DNA of 64,000 bases, from assembly GCA_035495795.1 (NCBI GenBank), contig DATJFF010000252.1, forward strand, positions 4,745 to 68,744, written 5' to 3'. Under the pieces are notes generated by a model. That model saw nothing but the letters and a program-made list of their open reading frames with translations. It was not told where the DNA came from and did not search any database. The stretch is from Vicinamibacterales bacterium. GTDB lineage: Bacteria > Acidobacteriota > Vicinamibacteria > Vicinamibacterales > UBA2999. The position numbers were made by a program, and so were the translations under genes. This document shows positions 1 to 7,691 of the stretch, piece after piece (within the stretch, counting starts at the first letter, position 1; each line of letters starts with the position of its first letter).

Positions 1-188
1 GGCGCCACAGCGCGTCTCGCCGGGTTGCGCCCGCTGTTGACACCGGCCGCACGTCTGCGCTGCTCCTGCGGCCTCTAATGCGCTCACCGCCCCCTCCGAC
101 ACCCGGCCGTGGCATCATGGGCACAGTCATGGCGATCGGTTTGCGCTCGTCGCCGCCGCACCGCTGCCGCGCCGTTATGAGACGCACG

Positions 189-410
189 ATGATGGCTACG
201 AACGAAAAGCCACCCAATTATCCGCCGCCACTTCGGTGCCCCGACTGCACCGGGCCAAACCAAACACTGGTATGTCTCGGTCCGGACGAGGGCATCGGCA
301 CCGTATCCGGATACATGCTGTTCCCTGTTCCCGCGCGACGGACGTGGAGATACCGCTGCACGCGATGCGCGTTCGAGTTTCACTGGACGGAACCAGAGGA
401 GCGCGAGTAA
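189..410 (+). CDS. hypothetical small protein with two CxxC pairs (zinc-ribbon-like)
   Basis: Internal ATG of track ORF 78..410. CPDC ... CTRC spacing. No family recognised. Confidence 0.3.
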   Translation: MMATNEKPPNYPPPLRCPDCTGPNQTLVCLGPDEGIGTVSGYMLFPVPARRTWRYRCTRCAFEFHWTEPEERE

Positions 411-639
411 GCCAGGCGCACCATTGCCCGTAGCCGTGACGGTGGCGCCACCGCGAGGCGCGCGGGGGTTCCGTTCCGCGTCTCCACGTCGCGAACCAGC
501 CCCGCGTGACGCTTGTCGAGATCGTTGCCTGCCAGCACGAGTGGCCGGTGGATGCGGGGCCCTTGAGCGACTCGACCTGGGGGTGATCGAGCCAATTCGC
601 GCCACGCCCTTGCGGGTGTAAGCTGGCGGCCCGGATAGG

Positions 640-3324
640 GTGGCCCCCATGGCAAAGCAACCCCCGGCGCCGCTCGGACAGGCTACCACCATCGATCAGA
701 ATGGCCGTCGGCTTGGCAGCTACCGCACTCTATCGCTCCTCGGGCGAGGCGGAATGGGCGAAGTGTATCGTGCGCACGATGCCAGGCTCGGCCGTGACGT
801 CGCGATCAAGGTGCTTCCGGCGATCTTCGCAGAAGACGGGGAGCGGTTGGCGCGTTTCGAGAGCGAAGCGCGGATGCTTGCAGCCCTGAATCATCCTCAT
901 ATCGGTGCGATTTACGGCGTCGAGGATACCGACGGAACGCCCGCGCTCGTGCTGGAGCTTGTCGAGGGCGACACGTTGGCGGACCGGATGCGTGGCGGGC
1001 CGATACCGACGCGCGAGGCGTTGGCCATCGCGAGGCAGATCGCGGAGGCGCTCCATGCTGCGCATCGCAAGAGAATCATCCACCGAGACCTGAAGCCCTC
1101 CAACATCAAGATCACGCCAGATGGTGTGGTCAAGGTTCTCGACTTTGGCCTGGCGAAAGCGGTAGCGGAGCGTGAGGGCACCTCGACCGCGGCCGCAGCG
1201 CAGTCACCAACAACAGCGATCGATGCCACCCGTGTGGGGGTGATTCTCGGCACTGCGCCCTACATGAGCCCCGAGCAGGCGCGTGGGCTGCCAGTGGACA
1301 CACGCGCCGACATCTGGGCGTTCGGCTGCGTCCTGTACGAAATGCTTACGGGTCGCCCCCCCTTCAAGGGACAGACTGTCGCCGAGACGCTGGCCGCCAT
1401 TGTCGAGCGCGATCCAAATTGGAAGGCGTTGCCCGGTTCAACGCCGCCGCGTGTCCGGGAGCTGCTGCGCCGCTGTTTGCAGAAGGATATTGCCCTTCGT
1501 TTGGCCGATGTCGCGGAAGCACGCAACACGCTCGATCACGCGCTGCACGGGTGGAGCCGATCACGGGTCGCCGCAATCGCCGCGGCCGCGGCGGCCCTGC
1601 TCGTGTCGATCTCCGCGTGGACGTTGTTGCGTAGCGCCAGTGGCGACGGCCAAGCTATCGCGAGCACGGACTACGCGCAGGTCACGGACGTGACCGAGTC
1701 CGCTGTGGCCCCCATGTTGTCGCCCGACGGACGCATGGTCGCTTTCAAGGTCGGTGAGAACTACTTCCTTGGCGATGGGCAAATCTACGTCAAGCGTTTA
1801 CCAAGCGGTGAGTCGGTTCCGCTGACGCGCGGTCCGGGGAGCAAGTACGGTCCTGTCTTCACGCCTGACGGATCGCGCGTGGCGTATACGCAGCTCGTGC
1901 TGACCAACAGTGGTCTATCGTGGGACACGTTCACCGTGCCCGTCCTCGGCGGTGAACCGACCCCTTTGCTGGCCAACGCGTCAGGGCTCACGTTTCAGCC
2001 CAGTGGGCGCGTGCTCTTCGCAGAAATTCGCGGCGGACTGCATATGGGCATTGTCTCCGCTACCGAACGGCGTTCGGAGGCGCGCGATGTGTATTTCCCG
2101 CCGCACCAGCTCGGGATGGCGCACTTCGCACAGGCTTCACCGGATGGCAAGTGGATCCTCGTGGTGGAGATGGACCAAACGCACGCCTTTGGCCTGCCCT
2201 GTCGCCTGGTACCCGCGGACGGTGGCTCAACGGGGCGACAGGTTGGGCCGCTCGGCACCTGCACGTCTGCGGCCTGGTCAGCTGATGGGCGGTGGATGTA
2301 CTTCGGCGTCAATGTCAGCGGTCGGTCGCACCTCTGGCGCCAGCCGTTTCCCGACGGAGCGCCTGAGCAGATTACATTCGGTCCAACCGAAGAGGAAGGC
2401 GTAACGGTCGCGCCGGATGGGCACTCTCTGATTACCGCTCTCGGGATTCGTCGCAGCTCCATCTGGCTGCACAGCGCGAATGGTGAGCGGGCGATTGTGG
2501 CAGAAGGGTTTGCCCGGGCGCCGCGACTCTCGCGGGACGGCAGACGCGTTTTCTTCCTTCTTCGACCCGCGGCCGCTTCCGACACTTCGGAGCTGCGCGC
2601 GATCGATCTCGAAACGGGCGCCGTGCGGACCCTGGTTCCCGGGATCTCTGTTCTGGACTACGACATTTCAAGCGACGAGTCCGAGGTCGCCTTTACGACT
2701 CGGGAGGCCGGCGAACCCGACGTATGGATTGCCCCACTGGATCGACGAAGCCCGCCTCGGAGAATCGCGTCACGAGCTGATCAAGTGTCGTTCGGTTCTG
2801 GCGATGAACTGATCGTCCGCTCGATTGATGCTCCAGCGAACGCGATTCTGCGCATCAGCAAGGACGGAGCCCGACGGCAGCCGATCGACGCACCAGCGGT
2901 GCATGAGAAGGGTGAGGTGTCTCCCGACGGACGTTGGGTGATTGTCTACTCACCTGGATCGAGCGCAACGGAACCCGTGGCAACCTTCGCCGTGCCTGTC
3001 GCGGGTGGACCTGCGCGTCGGATCTGCCTGCCATATTGCGACGTGGGATGGTCAGCCGATGGCCGGTTTTTCAACATCGGCGTCGATCTCGATCTCGCAA
3101 CCGGCGCTCCGGGCCAGACGCTGGTGATTCCGCTCGCCGAGGCTTCGCCAGTGCCTGAGCTGCCGGGCCTGCACGCAATCTTCGAGTACGCGTCCTTGGC
3201 GAAGCAGCCCAGTGTGCGCACGCTCCTGCATGGCGGCGCATCGATCGGGTCGGATCCGACCACTTACGCATTTACGAGAGCAGAATTTCGCACCAACCTC
3301 GTTCAAATTCAACTACTGAGATAG
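640..3324 (+). CDS. serine/threonine protein kinase fused to TolB-like (PD40/WD40-like) beta-propeller repeats
   Basis: Hanks kinase motifs GRGGMGEVY, VAIK, HRDLKPSNI, DFGLAK, APYMSPEQ. One TM segment. C-terminal repeated SPDG/TPDG/APDG units. ATG at 649 is an alternative start. Confidence 0.9.
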   Translation: MAPMAKQPPAPLGQATTIDQNGRRLGSYRTLSLLGRGGMGEVYRAHDARLGRDVAIKVLPAIFAEDGERLARFESEARMLAALNHPHIGAIYGVEDTDGTPALVLELVEGDTLADRMRGGPIPTREALAIARQIAEALHAAHRKRIIHRDLKPSNIKITPDGVVKVLDFGLAKAVAEREGTSTAAAAQSPTTAIDATRVGVILGTAPYMSPEQARGLPVDTRADIWAFGCVLYEMLTGRPPFKGQTVAETLAAIVERDPNWKALPGSTPPRVRELLRRCLQKDIALRLADVAEARNTLDHALHGWSRSRVAAIAAAAAALLVSISAWTLLRSASGDGQAIASTDYAQVTDVTESAVAPMLSPDGRMVAFKVGENYFLGDGQIYVKRLPSGESVPLTRGPGSKYGPVFTPDGSRVAYTQLVLTNSGLSWDTFTVPVLGGEPTPLLANASGLTFQPSGRVLFAEIRGGLHMGIVSATERRSEARDVYFPPHQLGMAHFAQASPDGKWILVVEMDQTHAFGLPCRLVPADGGSTGRQVGPLGTCTSAAWSADGRWMYFGVNVSGRSHLWRQPFPDGAPEQITFGPTEEEGVTVAPDGHSLITALGIRRSSIWLHSANGERAIVAEGFARAPRLSRDGRRVFFLLRPAAASDTSELRAIDLETGAVRTLVPGISVLDYDISSDESEVAFTTREAGEPDVWIAPLDRRSPPRRIASRADQVSFGSGDELIVRSIDAPANAILRISKDGARRQPIDAPAVHEKGEVSPDGRWVIVYSPGSSATEPVATFAVPVAGGPARRICLPYCDVGWSADGRFFNIGVDLDLATGAPGQTLVIPLAEASPVPELPGLHAIFEYASLAKQPSVRTLLHGGASIGSDPTTYAFTRAEFRTNLVQIQLLR

Positions 3325-3441
3325 GTGGCGTGGTTCAATCCGGTAACGACGCGGAGTCGCCCAGTCATTCCGAAGTACTGGGGACTCACGACAGACTTCG
3401 AAGCGCGTTGCAGCACGTATCGAAGGGCTTTCGGACGCCGC

Positions 3442-3780
3442 CTATCGCTTGACTGCCGCACTAAATGACACCGGCATAGCGGGATCTTTAATGCTGGCAA
3501 CCGCGGCGAGCAGATCGCTCACACTGCACTGTACAGCATCGTATTCAACCTGTGCCTCATGGCCCACCAGCGTCACCGTTGCTCGGGAGACGCCTTTGAC
3601 GCTGGCCAGTGCGGACCGCACTGGTTCGACGCAGCCTTCTCAAGTCATGCCTGCGATGAGGAGGGTGACCTTCGCCAGCGGTGGCCTGGTGCCGGAGGGC
3701 TCGGTCCCAACACGCCGGTGATGGGCGCAAGCTGGGACCGAGCAGATCGCGAGGAGCAACACAGCGCGCCTGGACGGCAT
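3442..3780 (-). CDS. secreted heavy-metal-associated (HMA) domain protein with in-frame TGA at 3640-3642 (candidate selenocysteine, motif GMT-U-EGC)
   Basis: Track ORF 3640..3885(-) ends ...KVTLLIAGMT at a TGA. The same frame continues EGCVEPVRSALASVKGVSRATVTLVGHEAQVEYD... to TAG 3442-3444, which completes an HMA fold. N-terminal signal-like MPSRRAVLLLAICSVPACA. Confidence 0.6.
3606..3624 (-). promoter_or_regulatory. SECIS-like hairpin downstream of the HMA TGA
   Basis: The mRNA reads CCAGUGC-GGUCC-GCACUGG, starting 15 nt after the UGA. The loop contains GGUC, as in the E. coli fdhF SECIS apical loop. Confidence 0.5.
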
Positions 3781-3835
3781 GCCTGGACGACCCTTCCCTG
3801 GCTTCAATCGAACCCGCACCTTTCCCAGCGGCGTC

Positions 3836-4720
3836 TCAATGCTGCTGCGGGTGTGGGTGTGGCGGTAATTCAGGACACGGCGCATTTTGAGCCGTGACGC
3901 AGAAATTTCGGTCGAACCGCGTCTGTCCGGCGGGAGCGAGATTGATGATGTCGAACGCCTGCGACCCCGGAGTGCTCGCAGTCTGAATCGCTGGATTCCC
4001 GATCGCGACGTTCTCCCGAATCAGGTTGTCGCGAGCGCCCGCCCCGATGTAGATGCCATTGGTATTGCCAGAGACGGTGTTCTGCTCGATGACGTTGCCG
4101 CTGGGCGTGCCGACCAGGCCGATCCCGAAATCATCGGCGGGAACGGCATAACCATTACCGTGCGCTGCGTTCAGCCGGACCCGGCTGTTGTGGCCCAAAA
4201 TTCATATGCCGCCGCAGAGCAACCCGGCCATCGACGAGCCGTTGCCCACCGCGATATTCCCCTGGACGATGGTGTCGAACGAGGTCGCGAGTACCCGAAC
4301 ACCAGACATACAGTTCATCGACAGCGTCACGTCCTCGATGCGCGTGTTTCTCGAGCCCGTGACTGTGATCCCATCTCCGCGAAATCTCTGGACCAAACCC
4401 GGCCCGCGGACCACGACACCGGACATGTTGGCGGTGGTGATACCTGCCTCGCCTGGTGTGGCAGCCCCACCGCAAGCCGTTACGGCATCACCGCGACCCG
4501 TGATCCTAAAACCATTCAGTCGCAATTCGACGTTGGGCGCGCCAAACGAGAAACACGGCGTTCCGGCTCCAACCTCGCACGTCACGTCGCCGACCAGTTC
4601 GGTGTCTTCGACGATGACAAATGTTCTTGTGAGTGTTCCGCTCACGCGGTCGTCGGCGAAGGCAGCCGACGCGACAAGGACGCTTCCGGCGAGCACCGCA
4701 ACCGCAACGATTGGACGCAT
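3836..4720 (-). CDS. secreted right-handed parallel beta-helix (PbH1/NosD-like) repeat protein with in-frame TGA at 4202-4204 (candidate selenocysteine)
   Basis: Track ORFs 4202..4726(-) and 3836..4198(-) are in the same frame and separated only by TGA + ATT. N.I..N..GN..GI-type repeats continue on both sides. Signal peptide MRPIVAVAVLAGSVLVASAAFA. The second ATG (4720) has better spacing from the AAGGAGG SD. His/Pro-rich tail PPHPHPQQH. Confidence 0.6.
4172..4187 (-). promoter_or_regulatory. SECIS-like hairpin downstream of the beta-helix TGA
   Basis: The mRNA reads CAGCCG-GGUC-CGGCUG, starting 14 nt after the UGA. 6-bp GC stem with a GGUC tetraloop. Confidence 0.5.
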
Positions 4721-4896
4721 GGACATGCCTCCTTTTCACGGTTCAGGGGACTACGGCGGGAAAACGGCGCGAGTATAGGCGAATTGCAGAGTTGCGTCTA
4801 GCCCCGCCCTCGCCTCCCGCTTTGGCCACTTGGTAGACCGGAAATGGCGGGTAGGAACTCGCCTATACTGCGGGTCGTCGCCGGGGAGCAACGCTG

Positions 4897-5484
4897 ATGG
4901 CATCAATCCGAGCAACGACCGTTTCCGCGATCGGCCGCTTCGCCTGGTCGGGCAGGAACATCGGCGTATTGATGCTCTTAGCTATCCTGCCACTGCACGC
5001 GGGCGGCATTCAGCCCCCTGCTCCTGACCCTTTCGCTCGCGTGAGTTTCCTGGTCGGTCGTTGGGAAGGAACCTCTGAGGGGCAGCCCGGCGCGGGGAAG
5101 GTCACCCGCGAGTACAGCCTAACGCTGAATCGAAAGTTCATCCGCGTACAGAACCGCAGCGAATACCCGGTCCAGGACAAGAACCCCAAGGGCGAAATTC
5201 ACCAGGACGAGGGTTTCATCAGCTTCGACCGTAGCCGAAAGAAGCTGGTGCTTCGACAATTTCACGTCGAAGGGTTCGTCAATCAATACGTGGAGGACGA
5301 TTCGTCGTTTCCAAGCCACATCGTTTTCACGACGGAATCGATCGAAAATATTCCAGCCGGCTGGCGGGCCCGGGAAACGTACGTCGTGCTTGGGCCGGAC
5401 GAGTTCGAGGAAGTCTTCGAACTGGCCGAGGACGGCAAGTCGTTCCAGCTCTATTCGCGAGCGCGGCTCAAGCGGATTCGCTGA
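4897..5484 (+). CDS. hypothetical secreted protein (lipocalin/DUF1579-like beta-barrel guess)
   Basis: Long ORF with hydrophobic N-terminus. The FLVGRWEGTSEG... pattern resembles small beta-barrel families, but the family is not certain. Confidence 0.55.
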   Translation: MASIRATTVSAIGRFAWSGRNIGVLMLLAILPLHAGGIQPPAPDPFARVSFLVGRWEGTSEGQPGAGKVTREYSLTLNRKFIRVQNRSEYPVQDKNPKGEIHQDEGFISFDRSRKKLVLRQFHVEGFVNQYVEDDSSFPSHIVFTTESIENIPAGWRARETYVVLGPDEFEEVFELAEDGKSFQLYSRARLKRIR

Positions 5485-5533
5485 CCGTTCCGCCGGCTCG
5501 GGCTAACGGCCCTCACTGGGGCCGACAGGGTCC

Positions 5534-5564
5534 TTGACCCTGGAACGATTCCAGGGCGTAGGGT
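5534..5564 (+). promoter_or_regulatory. MerR-type operator-promoter (TTGACC - 19 nt spacer containing dyad - TAGGGT)
   Basis: TTGACC 5534-5539. Perfect dyad CCCTGGAA-CGA-TTCCAGGG 5538-5556. TAGGGT 5559-5564. GGAGG SD 5571-5575 precedes the ATG at 5583. A second overlapping dyad CAGGGTC-CTT-GACCCTG lies at 5526-5542. Confidence 0.6.
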
Positions 5565-5582
5565 AGCCCTGGAGGTTCAAAC

Positions 5583-6071
5583 ATGGTTGTCACACGGTGT
5601 CTCATCGGTGTCGTCGTCACGGCGCTCACCATCTCGCTTGCGTCGGCACAAGAGCATCACGCGTCAATGGACCAGCGAGGCGCCACGGTGATGGGGTTTG
5701 ACCAGGCGCTAACGACACATCAGTTCGTCCTCTTCACGGACGGCGGCGCCATCGATGTCAGCGTCAAGGGCACATCGGACACGAAGAATCGAGACGCGAT
5801 CCGTACACACCTCCCGCACATTGCCACGATGTTTGGTGACGGCAACTTCGATTCGCCGATGCTCGTTCACGACTCGACGAATGTGCCTGGCACTCGAACG
5901 ATGGCCGATCGCAAGTCGACGATTCGTTATCAGTACGTGGAGACGCCGGCGGGTGGCCGAGTTAATATCGTCACGACTGACCCGGATGCGTTGGCGGCAG
6001 TGCATGCCTTTCTTCGCTTCCAGATCGCGGATCATCATACGGGCGATTCCACAACAGTGCGAAAGAGATGA
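5583..6071 (+). CDS. hypothetical periplasmic protein (His-containing termini), co-transcribed with MerR regulator
   Basis: Signal peptide ...LTISLASA|QEHH. Its stop overlaps the start of the next gene (ATGA at 6068). Confidence 0.6.
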   Translation: MVVTRCLIGVVVTALTISLASAQEHHASMDQRGATVMGFDQALTTHQFVLFTDGGAIDVSVKGTSDTKNRDAIRTHLPHIATMFGDGNFDSPMLVHDSTNVPGTRTMADRKSTIRYQYVETPAGGRVNIVTTDPDALAAVHAFLRFQIADHHTGDSTTVRKR

Positions 6072-6556
6072 GCACTTCGCTGGGACCACGCGACGTGGCG
6101 GACGCAACCGGCGTCAGTACGGACACACTTCGGTATTACGAACGCAAAGGACTTCTGCCACCTCCCGCTCGCAGCTGTGCAGGCTATCGGCGGTATCCGC
6201 CCTCGGCTGTCGAGCGCGTGCTGTTGATCCAGCGTGCGCTCGTTGTCGGGTTCACACTTGGCGATCTGAAGCGAGTGCTGACGTTGCGAGACCGTGGCGG
6301 AGTACCGTGTCAAGGCGTCCGTGAATTGGTCGGCACCCGCCTGCAGCAGTTAAATGACCGCATCGATGAACTCACGGCGCTGCGGGAGGAATTGCAGCAG
6401 CTGTTAGCGGAATGGGACGATCGGCTCGCAGAGACACCGAGCGGGAAGCGGGCGCACCTCTTGGAGACACTGGGTTCAAAACCCCTGATCGAGACCGCCC
6501 GCCACCGTCGTCGTGCTGTGAAGCGGAACGTCTATCGCGAACGGTCGACGCGATAG
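6068..6556 (+). CDS. MerR family transcriptional regulator
   Basis: N-terminal HTH: VADATGVSTDTLRYYERKGLLPPPARSCAGYRRY. Followed by a coiled-coil dimerisation helix. Confidence 0.85.
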   Translation: MSTSLGPRDVADATGVSTDTLRYYERKGLLPPPARSCAGYRRYPPSAVERVLLIQRALVVGFTLGDLKRVLTLRDRGGVPCQGVRELVGTRLQQLNDRIDELTALREELQQLLAEWDDRLAETPSGKRAHLLETLGSKPLIETARHRRRAVKRNVYRERSTR

Positions 6557-6589
6557 CGCGGCCCATCGAGTGATCCAGCTCAACACCCA

Positions 6590-6870
6590 CCGCCTAGCCG
6601 TGGAATGGGACGTGATCGAGCGCATGCGGTGTGGAATGGGCAGACGTGGATTTCGTGAAAGGGCAACTCTGCGTACAGGGGTCCGACTGGCAGGGCACGT
6701 CACCAGCCCGAAGGGCAGCCGGCTCCGCTAACGTCCCGTTGACGCTTACACCTCAGTCCCGCGGCCACCGTAAACGCGATTCGGCTGCTCGACGATCGTC
6801 AAACGACCGGAGATTTTGGAGACATGTTGGAGACGGGGGAGAGCCGATCCAGAAGTGCAATCGGCTCAAT
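6590..6870 (+). pseudogene. decayed tyrosine recombinase/integrase fragment
   Basis: Pieces in different frames: VEWADVDFVKGQL, GHVTSPKGSRLR-stop, VPLT, and a C-terminal-like ...EILET. Interrupted by stops and frameshifts. Lies next to the att-like repeat. Confidence 0.45.
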
Positions 6871-6875
6871 CAGTT

Positions 6876-6899
6876 AGGTGGTGGAGGCGGCGGGAGTTG
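6876..6899. repeat. 24-bp direct copy of the tmRNA 3' end (att-like site)
   Basis: AGGTGGTGGAGGCGGCGGGAGTTG is identical to 6968-6991. Confidence 0.85.
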
Positions 6900-6967
6900 T
6901 ACTGCCTGGCGGCGGAGCCGCCGGCTGATCTAGACGACTGCCGACGAACACGACCTGAGCGAAGCGA

Positions 6968-6991
6968 AGGTGGTGGAGGCGGCGGGAGTTG
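6968..6991. repeat. 24-bp partner copy; most of it (6971-6991) is the tmRNA 3' end itself
   Basis: Identical 24-mer. Covers the acceptor/T-arm end of ssrA. Confidence 0.85.
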
Positions 6992-7326
6992 AACCCGCGT
7001 CCGAGAAAACGTCGTCGCAGACCGCTACGTGCGTGTCCCCATTCTGATGTCGCGACCGGTTGAGAACGAGGCCAACATCCCCGGCCGCCATCCCCGAACA
7101 ATCTCATCGTCCCGAGTCGAGGCAGCTCGTGACGACCAGCCCGCTTGATGACGGTCATCCCCGTGCCGCAGGCACTCACGGGGCGACCGCTCACTGGTTA
7201 TTAAGCAGCGAGAGCGTAGTCTGCGTTCGCAGTTACGTTGTGTTCCACCGCAGATTTACGAGGTGAGATGGAGTACTCGGCACGCGCTCCACGATCCCGC
7301 ATCCCCGTCGAAGCCAGGTCGCCCCC
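6971..7326 (-). ncRNA. ssrA: tmRNA (transfer-messenger RNA)
   Basis: 5' GGGGGCGACCUGGCUUCGACGGGGAU... and 3' ...GGACGCGGGUUCAACUCCCGCCGCCUCCACCA. G3:U wobble in the acceptor stem. Tag reading frame GCG AAC GCA GAC TAC GCT CTC GCT GCT TAA TAA = ANADYALAA. Confidence 0.92.
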
Positions 7327-7352
7327 ACGTGGTCAGTCGTTGACGCTCCTTG

Positions 7353-7361
7353 ATTGTACCA
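7353..7361 (-). promoter_or_regulatory. extended -10 box TGGTACAAT upstream of ssrA
   Basis: Reverse complement of ATTGTACCA. Lies 26 nt upstream of the mature tmRNA 5' end. Confidence 0.5.
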
Positions 7362-7691
7362 CTGCACCCGACCTCGACCGTGGGTGCCCGGTTCTGCCTG
7401 TTCCCGCGAACCGCACCGGCGGGGCGGGTCACGGTTCGGCGCAACGCTGCCCGCGGTCTCCACCCGGAGGTGTCGGTCAGATGGGTGAGCGCCGATACAT
7501 GGATGCGAGGAATTTCGGACGAGGTTCGGGAGCGCTCGGCAGTCGTGACGCGCGTGCCGTTACACGTGGCTGCGTGTCTTGACTTGAACGATCCGCTGCC
7601 CCGATAATTGTGAAGCTCGTACGGACGCACGCGCTCCCAGCCGCGGCCCGAGTCCTCTGAGGCTGTACAACCTTTTTCAGAGAGAGACATC

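Noticed and set aside
380-655. Minus-strand ORF upstream of the kinase (…IHRPLVLAGNDLDKRHAGLVRDVE…) as a gene fragment
   Set aside because: It is short, has no recognisable family, and overlaps the kinase start region. It cannot be supported.
3323-3350. Possible degenerate left att site (AGGTGG...GTTCAATCCGG versus AGGTGG...GTTGAACCCGC of the tmRNA end) right after the kinase stop
   Set aside because: Only about 15 matching positions, and an 11-nt gap is required. This is too weak to call without alignment statistics.
3640-4204. TGA reassigned as a sense codon genome-wide (code 4/25-like) as the explanation for the two in-frame TGAs
   Set aside because: Many genes here end at TGA at homolog-consistent C-termini (slt 10877, pheS 27061, rplT 28330, rpmI 28930, the beta-helix gene itself at 3836). 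Local recoding (Sec) or pseudogenisation are the realistic alternatives. Pseudogenisation is not excluded, because the nearby integrase is decayed.
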